NCBI GenBank assembly: GCA_964291295.2
Contig: OZ219754.1
Span: forward strand, 2,208,001 to 2,272,000
Length of the DNA: 64,000 nt
From: an uncultured Candidatus Binatia bacterium
Lineage (GTDB): Bacteria > Desulfobacterota > Binatia > UBA9968 > JAJDTQ01
Reading direction: 5' to 3'
Below, in pieces: positions 10,101-21,254 of this stretch. The stretch's first letter is position 1. Each line of letters begins with the position of its first letter. The position numbers and the translations under genes are program-made. Below the pieces are notes generated by a model. That model was given only the letters and a program-made list of their open reading frames with translations. It was not told the origin of the DNA and searched no databases.

Positions 10101-11263
10101 GCGAACCAGGGGCTGCGGAATCAGGCGCCACGTCCTGGCCGCCGCCGTTCTTTGCCTGACGCTCACCGGCATGGGGCGGCCCGGGGCCGTGCTGGCCGAC
10201 GACCTTGCGGATCTCCGGCAGGGAAGGGCCGCGCTCGACAGCTTGCGGCGTGGAGAGTCGTCGGTATTGCAGGTGCTGGACGAAATCGACGCCTCGCTGG
10301 AACGCGGGCGGCGACAACTGGATACGCTGAACTCGCGGCTGCAACGGCGCGAACGCGATCTGGAGCGGGCGCAACGGGCGGCGCGTTCGGCCGCGGCGGC
10401 CCTGGACAACAGCCGGACCGCCTTCGCCCGCCGGGTGCGGGTGCTCTACAAGTGGCAGCGGGCCGGAACACCGTTCGTGCTGCTCAACGGCGGGTTTTCG
10501 GCGGCGGAGCTGATGCGGCGGAAGCGGCGCCTGAACACGGTGCTGGCCCGGGACCGCAATCTCGTTGCCGGGCTTTCGCGGCGCGTCCGCCGGAGCCGGG
10601 AGCTTCGCAGCGCGGCGGAAGCCCGGCGCCGGGAGCTGACCGGGGAGCGCGACGCGGTTGCGGCGTTGCGGGACGAGTTGAGGGAGGAGCGCGCGCAGGC
10701 ACGAGGCCCTCCGGGGCTTGCGCCGGGAGCGTGCCCTGCGGGAGCGGGCGCTGCGGGAGCTGGAGCAGGCCGCCCGCCGTCTCCAGGATGTCATCACCGG
10801 TTCCGAAGAGGACCGCGAGCCGGTCCGGGAGGGGGAGCCGGGCTTTGCCGCGGCCAGCGGCAGCCTGGACCCGCCGGTGGCCGGCAGGATCGTGAGCGGG
10901 TTCGGAGTCCACAGGCATCCGGACCTGGACGTCGAGGTGCACCGTCCGGGGATCGACATCGCCGCTCCGCCCGGCGCCGAGGTCCGGGCCGTGGCGAGCG
11001 GCACGGTGCTGTATGCCGATGGGTTGTCGGGCTATGGGAAGCTGCTCATCAGCGACCATGGCCAGCGCTATTTCACGGTATACGGCCATCTGTCGAAGCT
11101 TGAGAAGGCGGTGGGCGACCGGGTAGGGCGAGGCGAGCGGATCGCATGGATCGGCGACCGCGCATGGTCCGGACCGTCGCGTCTCTACTTCGAGATCAGA
11201 AAAGAGGGCAAGCCCGTCGACCCGGCTCCCTGGTTCCGCCGCCTGGCGGTGCGAAGAAGGTAG
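10090..11263 (+). CDS. envC: EnvC-like murein hydrolase activator (coiled coil plus M23 domain), frameshifted near 10695
   Basis: Signal peptide and coiled coil in the 10090 frame; M23 domain (GIDIAAP...GYGKLLISDHG..YFTVYGHL...LYFEIR) in the 10718 frame; the shift lies at a (GC)n run. Confidence 0.8.
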
Positions 11264-11319
11264 CCGCGGTTTGCGATGGTGTTGCCCGAGCACTAGAATC
11301 AACCCGAGGAGAGCCTGCG

Positions 11320-12612
11320 ATGAGACGACTGTGGAATGGAGAGTACCGACTGCCCGGGTGGTTTCTCGCCTTGGGCTGGATACTGTTGCTCGCGGGTCTG
11401 CTGGTGCCCCGGGTCGCCGCCGTGGGTTCCGGCGGGTATCGGAGCCTGGAGACTTTTGCGAACGTGGTCGCCATCGTCCGGCAGAACTACGTCAGGGAAG
11501 TGACGACCGAAACGCTCGTCAGCGGTGCCATCGAGGGGATGCTGAGTTCGCTGGATCCCTACAGCGCCTATCTGGCCGAGGAAGCGTACCGGGAGCTTCA
11601 GACCGAGACGGAAGGGCGTTTCGGCGGATTGGGACTGGAAGTCACCGTGCGCAACGGCTTCCTGACGGTGATATCGCCCATAGAGGACACCCCCGCGGCG
11701 CGGGCCGGCGTGCAGCCGGGCGATCAGATCATCGAGATCGACGATCAATCCACCGAAGACATCGGGCTTGCCGACGCCGTCACGCGGCTCCGGGGGCCCC
11801 GGGGTTCCAGCGTCACCATCTCGATCCGCAGGGTGGATCATGACAAGCCGCTGCGGTTCACCATCGTGCGGGATGTGATCGAGATCAACAGCGTGCGCGC
11901 GCACGTCCTGGAGAGTGGGTTCCTTTACGTGCGCATCGCCCAGTTCCAGGATCGCACGAGCGAGAACCTGAAGGCGGCCCTGGCGCGGGAGCTGCCCGAC
12001 GGCGAAGCCGTCAGAGGCCTCGTTCTCGATCTGCGGAACAATCCGGGCGGGCTTCTGGGCCAGGCCGTGGAAGTCTCCGACCTGTTCCTCGAATCGGGTC
12101 TGATCGTGTACACGGACGGGCGTCCGGGCCAGCAGAAGCAGAAGTTCTCCGCGAGCCCGCAAGGCTCCCGGACCGATTTTCCGATGGTGGTGCTGGTGAA
12201 CGGCGGCAGCGCCAGTGCCTCGGAGATCGTCGCCGGGGCTCTCCAGGATCACAAGCGGGCGCTGATTCTGGGTACCCGGACCTTCGGCAAGGGATCGGTG
12301 CAGACCATTCTCCCGCTGGACGGCCGTTCGGCGCTGCGGCTGACCACCGCGGAATACTTCACGCCCGACGGCCGTTCGATACATGAGACCGGAATCCGGC
12401 CCGATATCGTCATGGACCGGAAGGCGCGGCCGTCCGACCGGGCGGAAGCGTCCGGCGGGAGTTCCGAGACCGGCGGCCCGGAACCGGGAGCCATGCGCGG
12501 GGAGGGCATCGTGGAGCGGACAAGGAACGATCCGCAGGTGGGACGGGCGCTGGAGTTGCTCAAGGGTTGGGATCTGTTTCGCGGGCTCGCGGGCCCGGAC
12601 AAGGCCACCTGA
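11320..12612 (+). CDS. ctpA: Carboxyl-terminal processing protease, S41 family
   Basis: LDPYS, GGLGLEV, PDZ domain, LDLRNNPGG, SASASEIVAGALQD, TFGKGSVQ. Confidence 0.95.
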   Translation: MRRLWNGEYRLPGWFLALGWILLLAGLLVPRVAAVGSGGYRSLETFANVVAIVRQNYVREVTTETLVSGAIEGMLSSLDPYSAYLAEEAYRELQTETEGRFGGLGLEVTVRNGFLTVISPIEDTPAARAGVQPGDQIIEIDDQSTEDIGLADAVTRLRGPRGSSVTISIRRVDHDKPLRFTIVRDVIEINSVRAHVLESGFLYVRIAQFQDRTSENLKAALARELPDGEAVRGLVLDLRNNPGGLLGQAVEVSDLFLESGLIVYTDGRPGQQKQKFSASPQGSRTDFPMVVLVNGGSASASEIVAGALQDHKRALILGTRTFGKGSVQTILPLDGRSALRLTTAEYFTPDGRSIHETGIRPDIVMDRKARPSDRAEASGGSSETGGPEPGAMRGEGIVERTRNDPQVGRALELLKGWDLFRGLAGPDKAT

Positions 12613-13853
12613 TGCGGCCCGGTGCCAGTTCCCTTCCATTCTCCCGGCAACCCGCCGCCCGCCCGCCCGCGCCCCTCACGGTCAGCGAGCTCAACGAGAT
12701 CATCAGGAACCGTCTGGAAACGGGAATCGACGCCCTGTGGGTGGCTGGCGAGCTCTCCAACGTGCGGTTCCCCCCGTCCGGACACGTTTACTTCACCCTC
12801 AAGGACCACGAATCCCAGATCTCGGCGGTGCTGTTCCGCCGCCACGCCGAAAGCCTGCGCTTCCGCATGGAGGACGGCATGGAGGTGGTGTGTTCGGGGC
12901 GCGTGAGCCTGTACACGGTGCGCGGTGCGCTGCAGTTCTACGCGGCCGAGGTCGAGGCCCGCGGCAGGGGAGCGCTGGCCGTTGCCTTCGAGCAGTTGAA
13001 GACGCGGCTGTCCCGGGAAGGTCTGTTCGACCCCGATCGCAAGAAGCCGCTGCCGTTCCTGCCGCGCGCCATCGGCATCGTCACGTCGCTTCACGGGGCG
13101 GCCGTGCGTGACATGTTGAGCATCCTCGGCGAACGGTTCCCTGACCGCCGGGTGGTGATCCGGCCGGTGCGGGTGCAGGGCGAGGGCGCCGCCGACGAGA
13201 TCGCCCGGGGCATTGGCGAGCTCGACGCCGCCGGTGTGGTGGACGTCATGATCGTGGGCCGGGGCGGCGGCTCGCTGGAGGACCTCTGGGCCTTCAACGA
13301 GGAGGTGGTGGCTCGGGCCATCGCCTCGGCCCGGGTTCCCGTCGTGTCCGCGGTGGGCCACGAGATCGACGTGACCATCGCCGACTTCGTGGCCGACCAG
13401 CGCGCCGCCACCCCTACGGCCGCGGCTGAGATGGTGGTCCCTCTGCGGCCCGAACTGGCGCGCCAGGTGGCCGTGCTCGCGCGCCGGCTGCGCCGCAGCA
13501 CGGCGAGCCGCATGGAGCGGCGGCGCGAGAACCTGCGGCACTGGGTCCGCCGTCTCGCCGATCCCGGCCAGCGTCTCCGCCAGGGGCAGTTGCGCCTCGA
13601 CGAGATGGCGATGCGCCTGTGGCGCCGTCAGGAGGACCGGCTGGCGCGGTTGAGGGAGCGGCTGGGCCATCTCGCCGAGCGGCTGGGCGGTGTCGATCCG
13701 CGGGCGGTCTTGAGGCGCGGCTACAGCATCGTGTACCGGGCCGCGGATGGCGGCATCGTGAAGGAGGCCGCGTCGCTCCGGAAGGGTGATCGCCTGCGGG
13801 TGGATTTCGCGGCCGGGCGGGCGACATGCCGGGTCGAGGAGGTGGAAGAATAG
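12612..13853 (+). CDS. xseA: Exodeoxyribonuclease VII large subunit
   Basis: SGHVYFTLKD, RGGGSLEDLWAFNEE, SAVGHEID, ATPTAAAE. Confidence 0.96.
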   Translation: MRPGASSLPFSRQPAARPPAPLTVSELNEIIRNRLETGIDALWVAGELSNVRFPPSGHVYFTLKDHESQISAVLFRRHAESLRFRMEDGMEVVCSGRVSLYTVRGALQFYAAEVEARGRGALAVAFEQLKTRLSREGLFDPDRKKPLPFLPRAIGIVTSLHGAAVRDMLSILGERFPDRRVVIRPVRVQGEGAADEIARGIGELDAAGVVDVMIVGRGGGSLEDLWAFNEEVVARAIASARVPVVSAVGHEIDVTIADFVADQRAATPTAAAEMVVPLRPELARQVAVLARRLRRSTASRMERRRENLRHWVRRLADPGQRLRQGQLRLDEMAMRLWRRQEDRLARLRERLGHLAERLGGVDPRAVLRRGYSIVYRAADGGIVKEAASLRKGDRLRVDFAAGRATCRVEEVEE

Positions 13854-13922
13854 GCTGGCGCCACCGGGCCGGGGAAACGCGCAGCCAAGGGGGAGCCAGG
13901 ATCGCAGCCGGGGGGAGTCAGG

Positions 13923-14180
13923 ATGTCTCAGGAGGCAAAGGCGCAGGAGGAGAGGAGCTTCGAGGATTGTCTCGAGGCCCTCGAGAAGGTCGTGGAGCGC
14001 ATCGAGGGCGGCGAGTTGAATCTCGAGGAGTCGTTGGCGGCCTTCGAGGAAGGCGTGCGGCTGGTCCAGTCGTGCGACCGGAAGCTCGGTGACGTCGAGC
14101 GGCGCGTCGAGGTGCTCACGAAGGACGCGGAAGGCCGCGCCCGGCTGGAGGCGCTGGTGGGCGAGGAGGCGTCGGATTGA
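13923..14180 (+). CDS. xseB: Exodeoxyribonuclease VII small subunit
   Basis: SFEDCLEALEKVVERIEGGELNLEESLAAFEEG. Confidence 0.95.
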   Translation: MSQEAKAQEERSFEDCLEALEKVVERIEGGELNLEESLAAFEEGVRLVQSCDRKLGDVERRVEVLTKDAEGRARLEALVGEEASD

Positions 14181-14208
14181 CGCCGTCCGCCGCGGGAGCG
14201 CGAGAGCG

Positions 14209-14991
14209 GTGACGCGCGCCACGTCGGGCAGGGAACGGCTGGACCGGGTACTGCTGGAGTCGTCGTTGGCCAGGAGCCGCGAGGAGGCCCGGCGGTATAT
14301 TCTGGCCGGCGCGGTGCTGGTGGATGACCAGCCCGTAACCAAGGCCGGGGCGCTGGTCCGGCGCGGGTCGCGGGTGCGGGTCAAGGCCGCGTCCCGCTAC
14401 GTCAGCCGCGGGGGAGAGAAGCTTGACGCCGCCCTGGAACATTTCGGGTTGAGACCCGGGGGGCGGGTGGCGCTCGACGTGGGGGCGTCCACGGGGGGGT
14501 TCACCGACTGCCTGCTGGCCCATGGCGCCGCCCGGGTCTATGCGGTGGACGTGGGTTACGGGCAGTTCGACTGGCGGCTCCGGCAGGACCCCCGCGTTGT
14601 CCTGCGGGAGCGCACCAACATCCGCCGCCTGGAGCCCGATGCGCTCCCGGAGCGGCCGTCCCTGGCGGTGGTGGACGTTTCGTTCATCTCGCTTCGGCTG
14701 GTCCTGCCGCGGGTCTGCCTGCTCCTGTCACGGACTTTCGAGATCATGGCTCTCATCAAGCCGCAGTTCGAGGTGGGCAAGGGCAAGGTGGGCAAGGGCG
14801 GCGTGGTGCGTTCGGAGGAGGAGCACCGTCGGGTCATCGGCGAGATCGAGAGGGCGGTGGACGCCTTGGGGTTGGCGCACCGTCCGGTTTTCCAGTCGCC
14901 GCTGACCGGGCCCAAGGGGAACCGGGAGTTCTTCATCCACTGCGTTGCGGGGCCTTTCGGGGAGCGCTCCGAAAGCGGTTTCCGGGGTTGA
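14209..14991 (+). CDS. tlyA: TlyA-family rRNA 2'-O-methyltransferase
   Basis: S4 domain RLD, YVSRGGEKL, LDVGASTGGFTDCLL, DVSFISL, LIKPQFE, GPKGNREF; GTG start inferred. Confidence 0.93.
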   Translation: MTRATSGRERLDRVLLESSLARSREEARRYILAGAVLVDDQPVTKAGALVRRGSRVRVKAASRYVSRGGEKLDAALEHFGLRPGGRVALDVGASTGGFTDCLLAHGAARVYAVDVGYGQFDWRLRQDPRVVLRERTNIRRLEPDALPERPSLAVVDVSFISLRLVLPRVCLLLSRTFEIMALIKPQFEVGKGKVGKGGVVRSEEEHRRVIGEIERAVDALGLAHRPVFQSPLTGPKGNREFFIHCVAGPFGERSESGFRG

Positions 14992-15015
14992 CTTGGATAA
15001 CGGATTGGCTATAGT
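14988..15015 (+). promoter_or_regulatory. Sigma-70 promoter for rpsU operon
   Basis: TTGACT-16 nt-TATAGT, followed by AAGGAG RBS before rpsU. Confidence 0.7.
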
Positions 15016-15044
15016 TCGACTGACTAAAGGAGAGACCACATCGT

Positions 15045-15245
15045 ATGACAGGGGTTCGAATCAAGGACAACGAGTCCATCGAGAGCGCCATCCGGCGTTT
15101 CAAGAAGCAGTGCGAGAAAGCCGGGATTCTGGCGGAATTGCGCAAGCGGGAACACTATGAAAAGCCCAGCGTCAAGCGGAAGAGGAAGGCCATCGCAGCC
15201 AAGAAGCGTGCCATGAAGCGTGCCCGCAGTCATCAGTGGTACTAG
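15045..15245 (+). CDS. rpsU: 30S ribosomal protein S21
   Basis: [37 protein letters not shown]. Confidence 0.98.
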   Translation: MTGVRIKDNESIESAIRRFKKQCEKAGILAELRKREHYEKPSVKRKRKAIAAKKRAMKRARSHQWY

Positions 15246-15381
15246 GCGGCCCGCGTGGCAACCCGGGACAACACGATGGCGGTGACCTGTCGAGTTTGAT
15301 CGGAGAGGGGCCTGGAGGATTTGCCGTGTGTCCTCTGTCCCGAAGAACGAGGTCTCCGAACGGCGACTCCCATAGGCCGTT

Positions 15382-15915
15382 GTGAACACCGTCGACGCAG
15401 CGCTGGCAGCAGTCCTGTGCGTATTTGCCGCGAGGGGGTACGTCAAAGGACTGTTCCGGGAAGTATTCGCTCTGCTGGGCCTTGCGGCCGGCTTCATCGT
15501 ATCCGTTCAGTACCATCAGCAGGTTTCCTTCTGGTTCGACTTCTGGCCCTACTCTCCGCTCGTCCTTCAGGGCATAGTCCTGGTTCTTCTTTTCCTCCTG
15601 GTTTACATCGCAACCAAATGGGTGGGGCATGTGCTCCACAGGTCGACGGTTCCCATGGCTCTCAGCGGCTACAACCGTTTCGGGGGGCTGCTGGCGGGAG
15701 GTTCCAGGGGCGCCCTGTTCCTGGGCGTGGGCTTGTTCTTCGTGGCATCCCAGTCCTGGGTTCCGCAGAGCATCCAGCCGCATTTCGACAGGGCGACCCT
15801 GGTCGCTCCCCTCTCCGGCTTCGGCGCATGGGTGGTGGCACGGGGTTCGGCTGTCGAGTGGCCCGGTGCGTCCGAACCGGATTCGACCGCGGACGATCCG
15901 CAACGTGAGGCATGA
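15382..15915 (+). CDS. cvpA: CvpA (colicin V production) family membrane protein
   Basis: NTVD...RGYVKGLFREVFALLG...NRFGGLLAG, four hydrophobic segments. Confidence 0.85.
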   Translation: MNTVDAALAAVLCVFAARGYVKGLFREVFALLGLAAGFIVSVQYHQQVSFWFDFWPYSPLVLQGIVLVLLFLLVYIATKWVGHVLHRSTVPMALSGYNRFGGLLAGGSRGALFLGVGLFFVASQSWVPQSIQPHFDRATLVAPLSGFGAWVVARGSAVEWPGASEPDSTADDPQREA

Positions 15916-17672
15916 TCTCGAATCGGACCACTCAAGAGGTTCGCACGCGGGCCTCCATCGTGGAGGTCGTCTCCGACTACGTTACCCTCAAGAAGGCCGG
16001 TCAGAACTACTCGGGACTGTGTCCCTTCCATTCCGAGAAGACGCCGTCGTTCACCGTCAACGAGGAGAAGGGCGTTTTCTACTGCTTCGGTTGCCAGGCC
16101 GGAGGCGACGTCTTCAAGTTCCTCATGCTCTACGACGGGCTCACCTTTCCCGAGTCCATCGAGCGGCTGGCGGAGCGCTACGGCATCCCCGTCGCGGCTT
16201 CCGAATCCGCCGGCGGCAGCCGGCGCCGCGACCTGTTCCGGCTGAACGAGACGGCGGCGGAGTTGTATCATGCATTGCTGGCGGAACCCTCCGGGGGGAC
16301 GCGCGCGCGCGCCTATCTGAAAAGACGCGGCGTGGATGAATCCCTGTGGCCGCGCTTCCGGCTCGGCTTCGCACCCCGGGGCGATGTGCTGACCGGCCGC
16401 TTCCGGCGCGAGGGAGTGGCGCCGGGGGATGCGCTGGAGGCGGGGCTGGTGGCGCAGCCGGTGCCGGGCACCTACCGCGACCGCTTCTTCGACCGGATCA
16501 TCTTTCCCATCACGGAACCGGGCGGCAAGGTCGTCGGCTTCGGCGGCCGGGTCATGGGCGGCGGTACCCCCAAGTATCTCAACTCGCCGGAGACGCCGCT
16601 CTTCCGCAAGAGTGCGCAGGTCTACGGCCTGAGGGAAGCGCGTGACGGCATACGGGCCAATGACCGTGTCGTGGTGGTGGAGGGCTATCTGGACGTGCTG
16701 GCGCTGGCGCAGTTCGGACGGACCGACGCCGTGGCCACCCTGGGGACCGCGCTGACGGCCGATCATCTGCGGCTCCTGGGCCGTTACACCCGTAACGTGA
16801 CGGCGCTCTTCGACGGTGATGCCGCGGGACGCAACGCCGCGGCCCGCAGTTTCGAGGTGTTCCAGCAGGCGGGCCTATGGGGCCATGCGGCGTTCCTCCC
16901 CGAAGGCTCGGACCCGGACACGTTCGTCAGGAGCCAGGGAAAGGATGCGCTGGACCGCGTGCTGGAACGCGCCGTGCCGGTGGTGGACTTCTATCTGAAC
17001 TGGCTGCGGGAGCGCCATGGCGGTGACCTCGGCGGCAGGAGCCGTCTGGCCAACGAGGTCAGCCGGATGCTCGCGAAAGTCACCAACCCGCTGGATCGCG
17101 AGTTGCTGGCGCGGCGGTCGGCGGATCTGCTGGGCATTCGCGAGGAGTCCTTGCGCCGGCATGCCGGCGCGGAAGCCGCGGCCCGCCCGGAAGGCCGTGG
17201 CCGGCGGCCGGAGCACCGGGCCCTGGGGGAAGACCGCGCGGAGGCTGTGCTGGTGGCCCTGATGCTGCGGTTTCCGTCGGTGGTGCGGGCGTTGCGGGAA
17301 GAACCCCTGGACAAGCTGGTGACCGACAGGTGGCGCGAGGTGATGCGGCGGATCCTTGAGACTTCCGGGACCGGCGGCGCGCCGGCGGCGGGCGCGCTCA
17401 CCGAGGGCCTGCAACCGGAGTTGGCGGCCGAGATCAGTGCGTTGGTGCTCTGGGGTCAGGAGATCGACGAGAAAGAGCGGGATCGAATGACCGCGGACTG
17501 TCTGTTTCACTTGCAGCGGCGCTATTTGAGCCGGCTCGATCAGGAACTGTGCAGAGCGATTCGTGTGGCGGAAGAGACCCGTGACGACAAGGCCAAGAAA
17601 GAGAGGATGCGGCAATGGCAGGAGGTCATGCAAAGGAAACTCCGCTTGGAACGCGCGAGGCCGGGTCTGTAG
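15912..17672 (+). CDS. dnaG: DNA primase
   Basis: [11 protein letters not shown]...YCFGC zinc finger, [32 protein letters not shown]. Confidence 0.97.
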   Translation: MISNRTTQEVRTRASIVEVVSDYVTLKKAGQNYSGLCPFHSEKTPSFTVNEEKGVFYCFGCQAGGDVFKFLMLYDGLTFPESIERLAERYGIPVAASESAGGSRRRDLFRLNETAAELYHALLAEPSGGTRARAYLKRRGVDESLWPRFRLGFAPRGDVLTGRFRREGVAPGDALEAGLVAQPVPGTYRDRFFDRIIFPITEPGGKVVGFGGRVMGGGTPKYLNSPETPLFRKSAQVYGLREARDGIRANDRVVVVEGYLDVLALAQFGRTDAVATLGTALTADHLRLLGRYTRNVTALFDGDAAGRNAAARSFEVFQQAGLWGHAAFLPEGSDPDTFVRSQGKDALDRVLERAVPVVDFYLNWLRERHGGDLGGRSRLANEVSRMLAKVTNPLDRELLARRSADLLGIREESLRRHAGAEAAARPEGRGRRPEHRALGEDRAEAVLVALMLRFPSVVRALREEPLDKLVTDRWREVMRRILETSGTGGAPAAGALTEGLQPELAAEISALVLWGQEIDEKERDRMTADCLFHLQRRYLSRLDQELCRAIRVAEETRDDKAKKERMRQWQEVMQRKLRLERARPGL

Positions 17673-19468
17673 ACGGCAGGCCGGTCAGAACCGCCCCGGG
17701 GGGCGCATCCCGAACCCGCCAGACGAAGCGGGAGCAGGACGTCAGGCGGCTGATCGATCTCGGCAAGGAGAAGGGCTATCTGACCTACGATCAGGTGAAC
17801 GACATGCTGTCCCCGGAGGCGGTGACGCCGGAGCAGCTTGATGACGTCATGTCCATTTTCGACGAGATGGATATCGAGGTTGTGGACACCAACCAGCGGG
17901 TGGCGTTGAGTGCGCGGGCGGAGGACGGAGCCGCCGGTGCGCTGGCGGAGGCGGAGGTCGAACTCGACGCGGAGGCCGAGGCCGCCGACAAGACCGGCGA
18001 CCCGGTGCGCATGTACCTGCGGGAGATGGGCAACGTGTCGCTGCTCACCCGTGACGGCGAAGTGGAGATCGCCAAGAAGATCGAGGAGGGCGAAGGGGTC
18101 GTGGCCGACTGCGCGCTGTCGTGCTCGGTGGCGGTCCAGCATGTGCTCGATCTGGCCGGGAGGATCGAACGCGGTGAGGTTCGCGTCCACGAGGTGATCA
18201 AGGACGTGGACGTGGAGGGAGGCTGCGTGGAGGAAGAGGTGCACGAGCGCCGTCTCCTGGACCGCATCGACAAGCTGCGGCGTGCGGTGCGGGAGAGCGA
18301 GGGGCTGCGGCAGAAGGTTCGCAAGCGCAACACCGCGGCCGTCAGATCGGGATTCGAGCGCCAACTGAAGCGGTGTCGCACGAAGATGCTCCGGTACCTG
18401 AAGGACCTGCGCCTCAACCGGCATCAGATCGACGCCGTGGTGAACAGGCTGAAGGGCGACCTGCGCCGCATCGAATCGGCGAAATCCAGGGTCGAGGGTT
18501 ACGAAAGACAGACGGGCAGGTCCGCCCGGGAGATCCTCGACATGGCGCCCGGGAACGGCGGCAAGGAGACATGGCAAAGGACCGTCGGTACCTTTCGAAT
18601 GAGCCTGAAGGCTTTCCGGGAAATGCAGGAGAACATCCGCAGGGCCCGGGAAGATGTGCGTGGGACCGAGCAGCGGCTGGAGATGTCGGGCGAGGAGATC
18701 CGGCAGCGGGTCCGGTCCATTCAAGAGGGCGAGGTCCGGGCCGACCTCGCCAAGCAGCAGTTGATCGAGGCCAATCTGCGTCTGGTGGTGAGCATCGCCA
18801 AGAAGTACACCAACCGGGGCCTGCAGTTTCTCGACCTGATCCAGGAAGGCAACATCGGCCTGATGAAGGCGGTGGAAAAGTTCGAGTACCAGCGCGGCTA
18901 CAAGTTCTCCACCTACGCCACCTGGTGGATCCGTCAATCCATCACCCGGGCCATCGCCGACCAGGCGCGCACCATTCGCATTCCGGTGCACATGATCGAA
19001 ACCATCAACAAGCTGATCCGCACCTCGCGCCATCTCGTGCAGGAGATCGGCCGCGAGCCCTCTCCCGAGGAGATCGCAGCCAGGATGGAGATCCCGCTGG
19101 ACAAGGTTCTGAAGGTCCTGAAGATCGCCAAGGAACCCATCTCCCTGGAAACGCCGGTGGGCGAGGACGAAGACAGCCACCTGTGCGATTTTATCGAGGA
19201 CAAGCGGGTGGCGCCGCCCTCCGACGCGGTTGTCAATCTCAACCTCGAGGAACAGACCCGCAAGGCGCTGGCCACCCTGACGCCGCGCGAGGAGCACGTT
19301 CTGCGGCTGCGGTTCGGCATCGGCGAGAAGTCGGACCACACCTTGGAGGAGGTGGGTCAGAAATTCCTCGTCACCCGTGAACGCATTCGCCAGATCGAGG
19401 CCAAGGCCTTGCGCAAGCTGCGCAATCCTAGTAGAAGCAGAAGACTCAAGAGTTTCATGGAAGGCTAG
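17615..19468 (+). CDS. rpoD: RNA polymerase primary sigma factor RpoD
   Basis: Region 1.1 [76 protein letters not shown]; start overlaps dnaG. Confidence 0.97.
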   Translation: MAGGHAKETPLGTREAGSVDGRPVRTAPGGASRTRQTKREQDVRRLIDLGKEKGYLTYDQVNDMLSPEAVTPEQLDDVMSIFDEMDIEVVDTNQRVALSARAEDGAAGALAEAEVELDAEAEAADKTGDPVRMYLREMGNVSLLTRDGEVEIAKKIEEGEGVVADCALSCSVAVQHVLDLAGRIERGEVRVHEVIKDVDVEGGCVEEEVHERRLLDRIDKLRRAVRESEGLRQKVRKRNTAAVRSGFERQLKRCRTKMLRYLKDLRLNRHQIDAVVNRLKGDLRRIESAKSRVEGYERQTGRSAREILDMAPGNGGKETWQRTVGTFRMSLKAFREMQENIRRAREDVRGTEQRLEMSGEEIRQRVRSIQEGEVRADLAKQQLIEANLRLVVSIAKKYTNRGLQFLDLIQEGNIGLMKAVEKFEYQRGYKFSTYATWWIRQSITRAIADQARTIRIPVHMIETINKLIRTSRHLVQEIGREPSPEEIAARMEIPLDKVLKVLKIAKEPISLETPVGEDEDSHLCDFIEDKRVAPPSDAVVNLNLEEQTRKALATLTPREEHVLRLRFGIGEKSDHTLEEVGQKFLVTRERIRQIEAKALRKLRNPSRSRRLKSFMEG

Positions 19469-19540
19469 GACGCCGCGCCTTCCGGCTCCGAGCCTTCCTG
19501 CCCCGCGCGGGTTCCCCTCGCCGGCCGCACGAACTCCTCC

Positions 19541-19614
19541 GGGCCCATAGCTCAGTTGGTTAGAGCCACCGGCTCATAACCGGAAGGTCCCTGGTTCGAG
19601 TCCAGGTGGGCCCA
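19541..19614 (+). tRNA. tRNA with CAT anticodon, probably tRNA-Ile2 (lysidine); CCA not encoded
   Basis: GGGCCCA/TGGGCCC acceptor stem, TAGCTCAGTTGGTTAGAGC D arm, CCGG-CTCATAA-CCGG anticodon arm, GGTTCGAGTCC T arm; position after rpoD matches E. coli ileX. Confidence 0.93.
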
Positions 19615-19794
19615 CTCATTCCTCTCTCGTCCATTCTCTCCCGTCCATCCGTTGGTTCGGACAGGCCTCCGGCACCCTGTGACCACCCGTGCCGTCACGC
19701 ATCAGCGAGGGAGAGGCCTGCCGCCTCGCCCGTGAACGCACCCGCACCGCCGGCGGGGCATTGCCCTGCGGTCTCCCGGCGGGCGGGCGGCGAC

Positions 19795-20997
19795 TCAGGG
19801 CCGCGCGGTCGCCGGGACCGGGACGTTGTCCGAGCGGATGACGATATAGATGAGCGCGGCCGACGCCAGCAGGATCAGGCTCATGATCCGCAGGAAGCCG
19901 TCGTAGTCGCCGTACATGTCGAAGTAGACGCTCGCCAGTATCGGTCCTCCGGCGGAACCCACCTGGTGCACGATGAAGCTCAGGCCCAGGATGAGTCCCG
20001 CGAGCCGCGGCCCCACCATCTCGAAGAACATGACGTTCTGAACCCCGATGGTGCCGAAGGTCGGTCCCATGGCCAGCGCCACCACGGCGTAGAAGACCAG
20101 CGGGTTGGCCATGTCGAGAGACAGGGCCAGGGTGCCGACGCCGCGGAAGACATAGGTGAGGGCCAGTGCCGGCGCGCGGCCGCAACGGTCGGAGAGCCAG
20201 CCGAAGGTCACCGCGGAGACGGCGGCGGCGATCCCGAAGACGCTGACGGCGATGGCTCCGGTGGCGTGGTCGAAGTCCTTGCTGAGCGCGATCCCCACCA
20301 GGTGCACGCTCTGGAACAGGGCCATGCCGCAGGAGAACCGCGCCGCGAACAGCAGCAGCATGTTGCGGTCCCGCAGGTAGGGGAGGCAGCTTCCCCAGTT
20401 CGCGGCCTCCCGCCGGCCGCCGGAAGAGGGGGCCGGATCGCGCGCGCCGATCCAGCCGAACGGGAAGGCCACCACCAGCAGCAGCACGCCGCACGCCATG
20501 GCCGCCACCCGCCAGTCGTGGCGCTCGATGAGGAAATACAGCAGCGGTGCCAGGAAGAAGGGACTCAACGGCGACGCCGTCTGGACGACGCTCACCGCCA
20601 GCCCCCGGCTGCCGGCGTCATAGTGCTTCGCCACCAGCAGCGAGAGGATCACCAGCCCGCAGGCCCCCTTGGCCATGCCGGTCATGATCCCGAAGGTGAG
20701 GGAAAGTTGCCAGAGGTTCTGTGACAGGCCCATGCCCAGGAAGCCGGCGGCCATGAGCAGCACACCGCCCAGGATCACCGGGCGGGTGCCGAGGTCATCG
20801 GCCTTCTTGCCGAACAGCACGCCGCCGACGCCCCAGCCCACCATCGCGAACACGTAGGGGATCGTCGCGGTGGTGCGTGACCAGCCGAACGCCGTCTCGA
20901 TGGGAGTCAGGAACAGGCTGAAGGCGTTCATGCTGATGGACGTGATGACCACGACCACGGCGGACATGATAACGATGGCGATGCGGGGGAGTTTCAT
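19795..20997 (-). CDS. MFS transporter
   Basis: About 12 hydrophobic helices; GKKADDLGTR and GWLSDRCGR motif A variants. Confidence 0.9.
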   Translation of the reverse strand: MKLPRIAIVIMSAVVVVITSISMNAFSLFLTPIETAFGWSRTTATIPYVFAMVGWGVGGVLFGKKADDLGTRPVILGGVLLMAAGFLGMGLSQNLWQLSLTFGIMTGMAKGACGLVILSLLVAKHYDAGSRGLAVSVVQTASPLSPFFLAPLLYFLIERHDWRVAAMACGVLLLVVAFPFGWIGARDPAPSSGGRREAANWGSCLPYLRDRNMLLLFAARFSCGMALFQSVHLVGIALSKDFDHATGAIAVSVFGIAAAVSAVTFGWLSDRCGRAPALALTYVFRGVGTLALSLDMANPLVFYAVVALAMGPTFGTIGVQNVMFFEMVGPRLAGLILGLSFIVHQVGSAGGPILASVYFDMYGDYDGFLRIMSLILLASAALIYIVIRSDNVPVPATARP

Positions 20998-21254
20998 GCT
21001 TTTCTCACGGGCGTGAGCGGATGCCGGGCGACAGGGCCGGCCTGGCGGGTCATGCGCGGCAGCCGCGTTTCCGGCGGAATCGCCTGGCCGCGGGGTGCCG
21101 TCGCGGGGCGCCGCGTCGTGGTAGGCGGAGAGCCGCGGGGTTCGAAGGGTCGGGATTCGGCAAGGGCGGACGCTCAAAGGGCGGACGGGGCCGACCCCTG
21201 TGCGGATCGCGAGTCTGTCCCACGCGCTGCCCGCGTTCCCCTGGATGCCCGCGC

